This document shows positions 35,097 to 48,319 of a stretch of 64,000 nucleotides of DNA, piece after piece. The notes beneath the pieces are model-generated. The model had not been told where the DNA came from and ran no database searches. It worked only from the letters and a program-made list of their open reading frames with translations. The stretch covers positions 278,225-342,224 of the forward strand of contig NW_019218039.1 in assembly GCF_002571385.2 (NCBI RefSeq), read 5' to 3'. Positions within the stretch are counted from its first letter, which is position 1. Each line of letters starts with the position of its first letter. A program made the position numbers and the translations under genes. Source of the stretch: Stylophora pistillata (lineage: Eukaryota).

Positions 35097-36300
35097 TTAC
35101 AAATCGTCTCGTAGCTCCAGGTGCTGTCTCAGTGAACCGTGGGGAATTTCGCATAAGAACATAATAGTAACGTCCAAGTGTTCAAAAGATGTAAACTTAG
35201 GACGTGCATTCTTTACATTGTTGAAAACTCTCTGAAAAAGCAATGCAATACCTCCACCTTTGGCGTTTTCTCTCGCGATTGGAATAACTTTGAAATCTGT
35301 TTGTGAATTTAAAATTTCAGCGAGTGAAGTATTATTCTCATTGCTCACCAGCCAGGTTTCAGTGACTACAAAAATATCTAGTTTACTAGATGAGATGATG
35401 TCACATACTGATGCAGATCTCTTTTGCAGAGACTGAGCATTCCAGAGCACAAGTTGAATTTTATTTGCTGTCACCTTTTCTTGACTGTGTGTGATTTTTA
35501 TTTTGGTTAAGTTGCTCGGATTCCCCGGTTGTATACGATTAGTTGGATATCTGTTGGGAGTAATACGAACAGAGATTCGACTTTCATTTTACATTATTTC
35601 ATGAATATTTCTATTGCTTAGGTTTCCAGTCAGTCTCAAGCCAGGTTGAGTGGGCCTTAGTAGAACCTGTTCACTTTGTCTGACATAACATAAGTTATTC
35701 AAGTTTGCACCTTCAATGAATTATGCTAATAAACTGTAAAACTTCATTCCGGCATCGTATGGCAGAGATTTGTCGATGTTCAGATCGTAGAGATAATCCT
35801 TCATATATTCCTCGTGTTCGCAATATCTGACTATCTTTCAAAAGGTAAAAGAGGTCATCAGGAATGGAGTATTTCGTTCTCAAGTTTAGAAGCTGACCCC
35901 TTGAATAATTATGCAACGTTGAAATCCGTTGAGGAGTTTTATCATTTCTTAAGACCTCCAGACCTGGATTAGCTTCAACATCCATTTTTATCGTGAGATC
36001 TGTGTAGAAAAGTCTGCTAGGAAGTACCAGAGTGGTAGTTCCATGTTTGCCTACTTTAATTACGGGCAAATTCTGTCGTAGGTTTGTCTGAACTCCGGCG
36101 TGCCTGCTTGTTATTCGAAAGTTGATGTAATAAAATCGAACTAAACAGTGTTGTTAATGGTGGAGATCATATAGAGACCTGCATGCATGTCCTCTGTTGA
36201 TAGATGCTATTAACTTCCAAGCCATTTGATCCACTTAGTAGCAGAAAACAGCAGAAACCAAATGATAAAAGGAGATTGAAGAGGACGCTTAAGCGACGTG
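35097..36300 (-). mobile_element. 5' part of a CR1/L2 LINE (APE N-terminus)
   Basis: LWNAQSL...DIFVVTETWL...R..AKGGGIALL; upstream DVEANPG (2A-like) motif. Confidence 0.7.
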
Positions 36301-37221
36301 CAGCCATGCCCTTTAACAAACTTGTAGGCTCTCTTTCATGCATGATAATTTTTCTCTGAAATTGCGCCTAACTTATAAGGGAAAGCACAACTTATAATGA
36401 ATTGCACCCAATAACGTATCAGAAGGTGAAACAAAATTTGTATTAAACACCTTCTATTTAGTGCGATAATTACATCCCAGTACAGTTAACACTAGGAATG
36501 CTACAGGTTGACTTGGGACAAGTGTGTTAGGTGTTTAGCTGTTAGGTATTTGCACAATGATAGGTCTTCGAACAATTCAGGGTAAGTTTCATTTTGCAAC
36601 TTCTAATTTACCACATGGAATAAGAATGATATCACATAATCTTCTTGATGACACCCCACCCCCATGTAAAAACGTTTTCTCAAAAACTTTCACATCCACT
36701 GACTGTTTTAGAAATAGCTTTTGGTTTGAAAACGCATCTTTTGGACAAAGGGATCAGTCCTGGATCATGTTAAAACTCTTGGCACTATCTTCCTCTCAAG
36801 CTAGTATTTCGTAAAAAAATGTTTAGCTCCAGTTCCTTCTTAAATTAAGAAGAAGAGAGGTCTTTTGTGGATGACTGTCAAGTCTGCTATGATTTGGTTT
36901 TTGAATTCAGGGTTAGTAGTAGCCATTTGGACAAAGACGTTTTTGAGACAACAAGTTTAAATACGTTACCTGAAAGAACGTGATTTATTTATTGATTAAT
37001 TACAATTTAATGGCGATACTGATAACATGGTTTAAAGAGAAGATTAGTAAGAAATATATAAAAGGAATGAAAAGGCCCTGAGGATGGTCAGCAAAAGAGT
37101 CTTAAGTCTCCATACTAGGCAGACCACCTAATAAAAAGAAAAAGAGAAATAAAAAAAAATCAAAACAACTAAACTGGATGAAATATTTCTCGAAGTTAAA
37201 GAATCCCCTACTCCCATTTTA

Positions 37222-37893
37222 CAGTCAAACTAAGTGAAGCGTACCCCTCAGGATTACGTTAATGATTTGATTATTTGAATATTGAACCTGCTAATTGTTT
37301 CAGGAGCGCAATAACGAATTGAATATTTGAACATGGAACCTGCTAACCGTTTCAAGAATGCAATAATGGATTGATTATTTGAATATTGAACCCGATAGCC
37401 GTATTCGTTTTGAAAAGGCGCGGATCATTGTTCAAATCAGAAGTCCATTTCTGATTGGATTAGGCAAACACGTATTGATGGATGGGAACTATTTCAACAT
37501 GGTGTCAGACATGGGGGGGAAAGGTGAGCGCGAGTGTTGCGTAGAACTTCTTGTAAATGTTGTAAATGGAATGTTATCGAGAGCTTTTTTTGCCTATTTA
37601 CATCTTGACGNNNNNNNNNNNNNNNNNNNNNNNNNNNNNNNNNNNNNNNNNNNNNNNNNNNNNNNNNNNNNNNNNNNNNNNNNNNNNNNNNNNNNNNNNN
37701 NNNNNNNNNNNNNNNNNNNNNNNNNNNNNNNNNNNNNNNNNNNNNNNNNNNNNNNNNNNNNNNNNNNNNNNNNNNNNNNNNNNNNNNNNNNNNNNNNNNN
37801 NNNNNNNNNNNNNNNNNNNNNNNNNNNNNNNNNNNNNNNNNNNATCAATTCATTAATTTAATCTTGAGGGGTACGCTTAACTTAGTTTGACTG
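37222..37893. mobile_element. Tc1/mariner(pogo)-type MITE with TA TSD, spanning a gap
   Basis: TA|CAGTCAAACTAAGTGAAGCGTACCCCTCAGGATTA ... TAATCTTGAGGGGTACGCTTAACTTAGTTTGACTG|TA. Confidence 0.8.
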
Positions 37894-37899
37894 TAAAGC

Positions 37900-39775
37900 C
37901 AGAGATGCTAGAAGCATTATGAGTTGACAGTGACAGCATGTTCAACATGTCAACTATCTTATTAAAATAGCTATGCTTAAAAATATCAGTCCTAGCACAA
38001 TATTTCATCGAAGTCAGATCGTCCTTTCTCCTCAAGGGGCATCTCTCTGAATGTGAATAAAATTCAATAAAAGAGGATATGTCTGTTTTAATATACCCAT
38101 TAGGGACTTTATAAAAAAAAACAGTACATCAAACAAGAAATGCCTGTCCTCCAACGATAACAAGTTTAGTTTTTCTTTGCAAATTTGATAGTCCTTATCA
38201 GTTTTTAGGATAAACTTGGAAGCTCTTTGTTGAATCCTTTCCAATTTGTTTCTAGTAGTTGTAAAAGGTGACCAGACAATAGTGCAATACATTGGGACGT
38301 TACCAAGGCACAGTAAGAAAGTTCTTAGGGTGTTAACATCTTTCAGACCTTTACAGGTTCTTTAATCTTTAATAAGTGTACTCCTAAGACAGGAAAAAAA
38401 CTATACTTGGAGTTAAAACTAATATCGTAAAAAAAATAATACTTTCATAACAGTGGCACTAAGTAATGAGCAACAATCAGTTAGAGCTCTTGATATAAAT
38501 ATGATCCTATAAATTACAAATAAATAAATATAAAAACAACAATAAAAGATATGGAATATATAAATATAGCTATAATATCACGGACTATTCCTAAACTAAA
38601 AGATGAAAGCAATTGATAGATGTTAATTAAATGACTAGATGGCTGCAAGAGCAATTGCCTTAAACTCGTTTAAGTGAACATCTTCACTGATAGGTAGATT
38701 GTGCCATAATACTATTGTCCTTGGGTAAAAAGAAAACTTGTACACATTAGTTGATACTCTGATTTTGCGGAAAAGATAACTGTTCAGTAATCTGGTAGCT
38801 CTTATTATTTCTTGAATTTCGGGAGGGAAATTAATACCCACATGATCCATTGAGATATTGTAAAACATACTAGATTGAAGGAGTCGGCGATTTTCAAGGG
38901 AGTCCCAACCAAGGTGTTCAATCATTGGGGTAACTTGGCTAAATCTTCAATAGTCGTTAAATACAAATCTTGCTGCTCGGCGTTGAACCGTCTCAATTTG
39001 GGTGATGTTCTGTTTGGTGAAAGGATTCCAGGCACAACAGACATATTCAAGTTTCGGGCGAACCAACGTACGATAGGCTGTATCTTTGACTTTGTTATCA
39101 CATCCACTTAGGATGCGATGGAGAAGCCCAAGCGTAGAATTTGCCTTGCTGCAGATGTTGTTGACATGCTCATTCCAGCAGAGATTATCTGTCACTGTGA
39201 TTCCGAGGTACTTTGCTGAGGAAACTTTAGGCGTGATATGGCCACCTAAAGAATATTGGAACGTAAATGGAATTTTCTTGCAAGTTATACCGAGTCGATG
39301 ACACTTCTTGATATTAAAATTTAATTGCTAAGTGGTTGACCAGAGCAGTAATAAATCAAGATCATCCTGCATAGACCAACAATCCTGAGGACTATTGATT
39401 TTTCTGTAGAGGATGCAATCATATGCAAAGAGGCAATTCTTTAATAGGGCCAAGAATTTTGTTAGCCTTGCTACATAAATTATCAGCATGGGCATTCCAG
39501 GACAGAGACATCAGACCAAGATCACAGAATTCGGACGTTTCTTCCAGAGAGCTCCCATTCAACTTACGGTCAAAATAAAAAGGCATAATTTTCTTTGTGA
39601 TATGCAGCAATTTGCATTTCTTTACATTAAAGTCAATCAGATTTCGCTGACTCCAAATACATAGGTTATCCAGGTCAGATTTAGAACCTTGTTGAAGTGA
39701 TGGACAGGTTACCACTTCAGATGTTTTACAATCGTCTGCATACAATGCAGTTGAGTTCCCGGGCATAACCACTTC
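37900..39775 (-). mobile_element. Two nested CR1-type LINE RT 3' fragments
   Basis: YADDCK, KANKILG and KLERIQQRASKFI (outer element); YRTLVRPKLEY...VQRRAARFV...SFYPRTI..W (inner element, about 38500-39420). Confidence 0.75.
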
Positions 39776-39781
39776 ATGCAT

Positions 39782-40040
39782 CGAAGGCAGCATGGTCGAG
39801 TGGTCAGCGTGTCGGACTTGCAATCCACCGCTCCCGGGTTCAAGTCCCGCCCTGGCCACTACTTAGATCTGTTTAACGGTAGCCCCGAGTTTCGAATCCT
39901 CGGCCATGCTTGTAATATAGCCAACTGGTTTGCCTTCGGCCAGTTGGGATTCTTAACAACGTTATTTTCAATTTGAATCATTTGTTTCAGTTGTTTGGTG
40001 GAAAACCTGTAAACTAGCTTTCAGCTAAGTGTTTCTCCTT
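39782..40040 (+). mobile_element. tRNA-derived SINE (second family)
   Basis: Box A TGGTCGAGTGG and box B GGTTCAAGTCC; the body recurs at 41155-41290. Confidence 0.8.
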
Positions 40041-41154
40041 CTTACTTTGATTGTGATTCCTCGTTTTGTGAAGTAAGTTAGGATTTAAAATTTAGTTTAA
40101 GCGAAAGTTGCTTACGACATCGTTGTACCGTTAAGTATAAATCGTATTTTACCTTTGTCTTGTAACCTTTGAGTCGTGTGAAATGTATTTATATCGGATT
40201 ATTTACACGATCATATTTGTAATTTGTTTGTACTTTTAAATTAGTTCTGTTAGGAACATTTGACTAGTTTATTGCGTCAGTGTCTTGTGTCGCGATGGGA
40301 TATCTTACTTTTCACCACTGAAAATATGAACGGGATTGATTATCGATCTTTTCTTCTTTTTCGTAATGATTTGTTCAGGTCACTCCACAGTAACCTCTTG
40401 AGCCTTTTTTGTTTCTTGGAAAACAAATTTCGTTTTGAGAAAAACCGCAAAAAGCAGTGCCATGACAAGAGGGGTGGTTTCGTAGACAAAGAGAGCGGTT
40501 TCTTGGGCAAAAAAACCCAGAAGGTTTGCAATGGTTTGATGCTTTTACACATGAAGTATTCAACTTAGGATTGCAGGTTTAAACCAATCGCAAGTAAGAT
40601 AAATTAGAATAGCAGTTCAATAGGGATTTTTAAGGAAATCGTGACGACGACGGCCGCAAAAAGAAATAATAAAAGATCTAATGATAAACTGAATTAAAGC
40701 TCTGCAAGCGCGTTTTTGTCGAAGCACGNNNNNNNNNNNNNNNNNNNNNNNNNNNNNNNNNNNNNNNNNNNNNNNNNNNNNNNNNNNNNNNNNNNNNNNN
40801 NNNNNNNNNNNNNNNNNNNNNNNNNNNNNNNNNNNNNNNNNNNNNNNNNNNNNNNNNNNNNNNNNNNNNNNNNNNNNNNNNNNNNNNNNNNNNNNNNNNN
40901 NNNNNNNNNNNNNNNNNNNNNNNNNNNNNNNNNNNNNNNNNNNNNNNNNNNNNNNNNNNNNNNNNNNNNNNNNNNNNNNNNNNNNNNNNNNNNNNNNNNN
41001 NNNNNNNNNNNNNNNNNNNNNNNNNNNNNNNNNNNNNNNNNNNNNNNNNNNNNNNNNNNNNNNNNNNNNNNNNNNNNNNNNNNNNNNNNNNNNNNNNNNN
41101 NNNNNNNNNNNNNNNNNNNNNNNNNNNNNNNNNNNNNNNNNNNNNNNNNNNNNN

Positions 41155-41289
41155 TAATATAGCCAACTGGTTTGCCTTCGGCCAGTTGGGATTCTTAACA
41201 ACGTTATTTTCAATTTGAATCATTTGTTTAAGTTGTTTCGTGGAAAACCTGTAAAGTAGCTTCTAGCTAAGTGTTTCTCCACGTTAAAC

Positions 41290-41358
<69 letters not shown>
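41155..41358 (+). mobile_element. 3' part of the same SINE family with a long (ATT)n tail
   Basis: Near identity to 39913-40038, followed by (ATT)n at 41293-41358. Confidence 0.8.
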
Positions 41359-41359
<1 letters not shown>

Positions 41360-44300
41360 GCAAATCGCTTATGAATATCACAAAAAAATAATGGCCCGAG
41401 TAAGGAACCCTGTGGCAGACCAGATGGATTGGCGCACCAGGTAGAACCCTGTCCATCTGTTACGTGCACGAATGACCAACAAATGTCCGCTAACAAAGCA
41501 TATATGAAAATAGACTCCCGAGTACGATAGATGGCACGCAAAAAAAATGTAACAACAAGCAGTTACCTATTTTAACTATTATTTAATTCGTTTTACATGT
41601 CTAATTTACTTAGGTTAAAGATTAAGTTAAGCAGTTCATAAAGCAGGCTTACCATCCTTCATGCCGTGTTAGTGTTCGTCGTCTTGATCAACTTCCAATT
41701 CCAACATCCGCCAACTGAAGACCACAGCGCCTGCCTTTCTTGATTTATCGCATTCTTTCCTTGTACACAAACTATTCCGGAGGACTCCATGGTAAACTCT
41801 GTATTCTCTATCCTCTTCCTCTGTCGACTATCGTCTTTTTCATCTCTTTCTTCTCTCCGGATATCGCAAGGTCAAAAGGTCATATCAAATTCGTCATATC
41901 ATAGCTTCCAAAAGTTCAGTCAGCAAGCCAAGAGGGTAAGCTCTCGGGCAAATCTCTTTTGTACTTCTTCCAAGCCAGCTTTTATACATTTACTTTAGTT
42001 ATCTAGAACGTTCTATTACTATTTATAGCGTATTACAAGTCGTACTATTTTTGGAAACTGCTGAGTCACATGAAAGAAGTTTCTGGAATATTACAGATTA
42101 TAGATAATTCAAGAAAAGTCTGGGATTGCGTGACAGATTCAGTGAAATTAATTCGATCCTCGTAACACATCTATGACGACTCTTCGCTCTCTGTCGCTCA
42201 AGTAATTCTCAAACCATTTATGTAACGTACCAGATATGCCAAAAGTACACAGCTTCTGTAGGAGGAGATCATGTGATACTCTGTCAAATGCCTTCAAAGT
42301 TTAAAAATACGGCATTCACCTACAATCCATCATCCAATGCCTTTGTCCACTGATTGGAAGGTGAGGTAAATTTCTCAGCCTTTGTCCCCAACGAAGCTCA
42401 TAAGGTTGCATATTTTTTCCTTCTCAGTGCATTTGCTGAGTGGTCCTATAAATGTGAATTCATAGTGTTGGTAAAATCTCTCCCATTCTTCTGCTCAGGT
42501 CCGTAGCGGTCCAGTTCATTCTTGGCTAGTTGAACGACGAATTGGCGTATCCTTCAGCCTTCTTGTTGTGTTTGGTTTTATTACAGTGGCGCTCGTAATC
42601 TGTCACTTCCGACTCCCTTGGGAGTCCGAGGTTTTGCCGGTCACATGACTTTTGGCTGGAATCGCCATGTGCTCGGGTTTGCGGATGTTTGTTTCGTTTT
42701 TTATCCATTGAAGAGAGTTTTAAAAAGGGCGTTATTGTGTCTTTCGTTGGCTTAAGCGAACGGTTCGGTGAGTTAATATTTGTTTTTTTTGTCGTTCAGG
42801 CAGGTATTTGGAGTTTGTTGCCTTCTTTGTTTGTTATTTTCAGAAAACCTTACTTTCACTTTCATTGACCGAGGCCGTGCGGCCAATGTATGAGCTCGAG
42901 TTTTCGACGTTCGTTTGAGATAAATAAACACAGTACTACGGTACCAAAATAATCCCACTTTTGACACCCAAGTTACATATTCATGACACAGACGCCATGT
43001 TGCATGCGGTTCAATGTGATTGTAAAGGTATTAAAAGGCTGTGCACCAATAACCAGAAAATTACATTCCCTCAACAACCTGTTGTGAAATGCAGTATCCT
43101 CTGACAAGAACAGAAATTCATGTTGATAAATCGTCAATCTCTGCAACATTTTGTCACTTGAGAGCCTAGGTAAGTTCTCCACTGTTCATGGTACACAACT
43201 TGGTGTGACTAGTGGGCCCCACAGCCTAAACCTTCTTTCAAAATTAGCTCACCTGATGTTTTGGTAGCCATTGGCTTTACACAATTTAAACTAAACCGAT
43301 GAGAATCATGCAATTGAAGCTCCACATTGCCAAGCTCGGGACACAAATAACAAACTCTCTGTTTCATAGCCATCCAGCTTCTTCCAGTCCTCCATTGAGA
43401 ACTTCCTCTCTTCCCCCTCTGCTTTAAACATGAAGGTTTGTAGGGCTTCGTCATTTAGTTACTATCCATTCTTTTCCAGCAGAGCTGAGAGCACACCTCA
43501 CACGGTTCAGATTTGGTGCCCCCAGATTCCAACCATATGGCTAGCAGAGGGATTGTTAAGTTTAACTTTCGTCTGCATCGTAATTTTCTTTCAGCATTTC
43601 TGCCTTCACTTCGTCTTGGTTTATCCCAGCTAATGCATTCTTTAGATCTCTTCATGCTTTGATGAGGTTAGAACCATTGTCACTGTGCATAGGGCGAGGA
43701 AGCTCAATGGTGTTAGCTACCTCCAAGTGAATAGCTCTTGTGACTAGGCATGTGAATAGTACTCTGTACCTCTAGATTTCCTTTTGTCATGTGCCAAGAC
43801 CCACTTCACAGCATGAGAAAGGAGAGCTGGCTGTTGACCTATCTGCTGGGAGGTCAACCATTTTTGTACCCTTGCTCTGAGCCTCCTGCATGTGATGCAA
43901 TCAAAGATTAGTTTGAAGAAAAATGAGCTACTGTCTATGATCCAGTAACCAGAGAAATGGATTTTGTTTAATGTAATTCGCTTTCCTTGATTTAGAGTCT
44001 TCTAATGAAAGAGTCAGCAAGCTTGCTGATATATCTCTGTCCTGGCAGGACAACGGGGTGCTTTATGTCTTGAGATACACTTGCTTGCTTGATGTGTTGG
44101 CTACATTGTCTCAATCTAGGAATGGGTGCAGATAGGAGAGAGGACTGACTCCTTTAGGTTCCTCTATCCTACACTCCGGATGTCTTCTCCAAGGGCTTCA
44201 CACTTTGGATTCAAGGGTGTTGATTTTGTTATTTCTTCCTTGAAGGTTTCTTTTTGTCATGATTTCTTGTTCTGCTGTGCTTAATTCTTTTACGTTAGCC

Positions 44301-44519
44301 AAATTGTGCCTACATGCTACAGGCCATCTCTTCGCCTCTTTCATATTCGTCGATCTTTTATGACTCATGTCAGTTAGGATCCTTGGATACGGCTAGGGCA
44401 TGCTTTGCTTTAGATCAGCTCAAGATATATTCCAGGCATTGAAGCTGGGTCACAGGGTCACACAGTTGCTGACATTGTTGATGAGATATGGGTTACTGAA
44501 TACGAGGCACTTAATGCCT

Positions 44520-45622
44520 CAAGAGCAGTGCAGACCAGGAAGTCCACCGGCCCTGATGAAATACCCAACGTGGTCTTAAAGGTGTTTGCTCCTGAGCTCA
44601 CCTCAGTTCTCGTGGATCTGTACAACGCTTCTCTTCGTGAAGGTTATCTCCCTTCCCTGCTCAAGCGTGCTATTGTGAGGCCCCTGCCGAAACAAACCCC
44701 TGCTAAGATGATAGAAGATGACACCAGGCCCATGTCGCTTACCTCCCAGATGGCGAAGCTTATGGAAGGGTTTACCTTAAGAAGAATCCTTCCGGATGTG
44801 ATGTGCGAACTGGACCCGAAACAGTTCACAGTTGCTGGCAAGTCAACATGCCATGCAATTTGCTGCCTCCTTCACCTCGCCTACGAGACTCTGGACAGTG
44901 GGAACTGCTGGGTTAGGTTCTTCTTTGCGGATTTCTGAAAGGGCTTTGATCTGATAGATCATAACATTCTGTTAATGAAGCTTAAATCCCTTAATTTACA
45001 CCCCTGCTCAGTTAAATGCCTAGCCGCCATTTTACTTGAGAGATCGTAATGTGTAAGGATATCTGATTCATCGTCTCCTTGTCTCCACCTTAACGGGGGA
45101 ATTCCTCAAGGGACAAATTGGAGTCCACTTCTGTTCGCCATTATGGTCAATGAGCTAGTCAAAGATTGGGGCCCTAGAGGCAAATACATGGACGACCTCA
45201 CAGTGATGGAGGTTGTTCCTCGGAACTCGCCGTCAGTCATGGATTACATTATAAATTCTATTCAGGCACTTGCCTCAGATAATAATGTCTCAACCCCAAG
45301 AAATGTAAATCTATGGCGCTATAATAGTGTCGTCTGCCCTCCCCTGGTAAGCAGCGGATCTGTAATTGAGTGAGTCAAGTCGTTTAAATTTCTTGGGGTT
45401 TATTTTTCAAGCGACTTGACATGGGGGGAGCACAGAGACTATATAGTTAAGAAGGCCAAGCACAGGCTATATGCCATCAGAACGCTCAAATGCTGTGGAG
45501 TGTCCCAAGCTGACATTTTCGGGGCGCACTGCACGCTCATTAGGCCTCTTCAGGAATATGCGACACCTACATTCACCAATCTTCCACAGTACTTGTTGCA
45601 GGCCCTAGAAGAGGTCCAGAGT
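44520..45622 (+). mobile_element. LINE RT fragment (L2/Rex-Babar/Crack-like)
   Basis: KSTGPDEIP...RPMSLTS...DF*KGFDLIDH...GIPQGT...YMDD...TLIRPLQEY. Confidence 0.8.
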
Positions 45623-45769
45623 CCGTTTACTAGGTAACACAAGAATTCCACTGTTTCTCAATTCCTCACAACAGGATGGAGACTTTGGTGCCAATGACAA
45701 ACAGTACCTTGTTATCACAGGGTGAAACCTCACTCCAGTTGCACTGCTTGAAAACATTTTTTTATGTTG

Positions 45770-46290
45770 CTACCAAAATAACTCTATGAATGGAGTCATT
45801 CTAGCACTGGTTTCCCCCAGAATTGATGTCAGATCCTTGCTGAGCTCATGGCCAACCTCGATGATGGAATTCTTTATTTCAGCCTTCATCTCATTCAACT
45901 TTCGCTCAAGTTCTGCACACTTTAATCTTTGCATCTGGAGTGTGAGTTTAATTATCCCAGGTGGTGTTTGGGATACTGGAGAGTTGATGTGAGCAGGCTC
46001 TGATAATTTTTTCAGCTTTGATCTATTTGTTTTGTCGACTGCATGAGTATATTTGGAGCAAGACATACACAGCTAGTTACTGTCTTCACACAGAAGTTCA
46101 CACCCTTAGCATGCCAGTACTGTTTACTTGGGAATGGTTCTTCTTCCTTCAAGTGATCCACAAACTTTGGAATGACATGCTGTATCACATCACTACATGT
46201 TGAAGGTTCAACACCAGGGCAAATAAAAAACCTCTCCATATCCTTGACAAGGTTAGAAAGAGACACATGGTTATAAACAGCAGTCACTCA
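45770..46290 (-). pseudogene. Possible P-element-type transposase upstream region fragment
   Basis: ICPGV...HVIP...C..C, a coiled coil, then MTPFIELFW; recognised only by resemblance. Confidence 0.35.
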
Positions 46291-46399
46291 TGTGAGTGAC
46301 TGCTGTAAGCTCTGTTGAGACAGTATCAAGGCAAGGAACAAATCGATCTTCAAATCATGTTAGAAGCCTTGTTCACATGAACAAATGGAGTGATGCAAC

Positions 46400-48290
46400 A
46401 CCGAATTACCTCGTGTGGGATATTGTAGTTAAATTCAAACCAGGTCTGGCATATGATCAAAAATGAAATATATGGGTAGTAATATATGGTTGTAAAGGGT
46501 ATCATAACGACATACCGGTTGAATTTTGGGATAAGTGGTATTCGTTGTTCGATAGCAAACTGTACATTTATCCACCAATGTTTTTAAATAATGAACTGTC
46601 GTCGGCTAGGAATCCAATGACTAAGAAATACGTTGATATATTCAAACATCTTTGCAAACAAAACACTAAGGCAAGTAAAACAGAATTAACGAATGAAACA
46701 AAAAAGATTTGGTACAGAGGGAAACTAGCACATTATAATAAATCAAGAGTATTGTTTTACATTAATGGAACATCGGACTGTAAAAGCAAGGTGTCTCAGC
46801 TGTAATGTTGATTTCACATTGAATTCAAGCGATAACGGAAAACTAATAGTCAATAATTCTGGTTTGTACCTTGTCACATTCATCGATGGCGTAAAAAGTA
46901 TACATTTGTTACATCTCAAGTTCGTTCTGGATAAACCATTCATGTCTACTAGCAATGGCGTTATGATTGTACTTCCAAACACTAAAAATTCTTGGGTAAC
47001 AATAGCCAAGACAGCAATGTTATATTTCCAAGTAAACACATCGCTGACACTGGAGACAGATAATAGTAATATGATTCTCGATGGATTAGATTTCAGTTAT
47101 ATCATGATAGCCAAACAAGATTAATCTATCTAATATTTATATGATTGGGAAAAAGAAGGATATATTCAATTGGATTCAAATATCAAGTAAACTGACTGAA
47201 GACCAAATTGAAGAGTCAAAGACTTATTTTAAGGTTTATCATCGTAAATGTTGGGCTTATAAAAAGTTAATGAAACGATTAAAAAAATCAAGCTAATCGG
47301 TAACTCTGTCTCTAATGTTTGCAACAGGAAGTGTGGCTTCTGCTTTCGCTACAGGAGGTATTTCAGTAGTTGCAATATCAACAATCTCTGTTCTTATCCA
47401 GAGATTCGCGGCTCATAAAAACCTCGATTTAAATATTCAGAGTTGTACCTATGCTTACCAAAGCTATCAACACTTGTTCATAAGTATCAAAAATGCATTG
47501 AGAGGCGGTGAATGTGACATTGATTCGTTAGGACAAATGATGCGCTACGTCGATGACATAGTTACTGATCTAGCACCTGATGCTGATAAATTATAACGCC
47601 GTATTTCTTGATTGATGATTGAATTGATTTCATCTCCGACGAAATTTTGTATTTGAGCCCAATACTGCTCATATCATTCAATAGCCTTGTTTGATTTTGA
47701 AGTTTGTATTTTTTTTGGTGATAAATTCATCATATTAATTAGCTTACCAATGATAAACTTTTTCGATATCATTCGTTTACTTGTACTGTTTATTTGAGGT
47801 TGAACTTTTTTAATGAGATCAAAGACTTTTATAATTTTTTCGATTTGGTTTCTGGATATTTGAATGCGGGTTTCATCACAAACATCATAGATTACATTAT
47901 CCACATGGTATTTTCTGATATAGACTGATTTTCTGCTGGATTTATACCGGTTTTCATAGAAATCAAAGAACTTGGTATTATGTTTGAAATATTTACCCGG
48001 GACTTGTCCACAATTAATACAAACAAAGAAACCATTTTTTTAAACGAATATTTTGATTCTCACAGCATGTTTCTTCAACGGGTTTATTTTCTTGGATAAC
48101 TTCATCACAGAAAGGACAGTTATATCTTTCTACTTCTATTAAGGCATCATGTAATTCTTTATTACAATTCATACTTTTATAAGATGATTTGTTAGATTTG
48201 GTCTTGTGGTCTTTGGTTAGATTTTACAATTCAGTTTTGTTCATACTTTGCATGATCATTTTTTCAGATCATTTTCAAAAGATTCAAACA
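46400..48290. mobile_element. Polinton/Maverick-like (midsize dsDNA virus) endogenous fragment
   Basis: AT-rich, intronless, closely packed ORF remnants on both strands, including a VLTF3-like gene. Confidence 0.55.
47595..48260 (-). pseudogene. Poxvirus A2L/VLTF3-like late transcription factor, disrupted
   Basis: CPFC...CCENQN/NGFFVCINCGQV zinc ribbon, then RKSVYIRKYHVDNVI...IIKVFDLI...KRMISKKFII.KL...SKS.K...YEQYWAQI. One frameshift (about 48040) and in-frame stops. Confidence 0.6.
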
Positions 48291-48319
48291 CCCCAATTAC
48301 TATACTACTCAAAAATCAT

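Noticed and set aside
41548-42166. Possible solo LTR (TGTAAC...GTAACA)
   Set aside because: No matching TSD and no second copy in the window.
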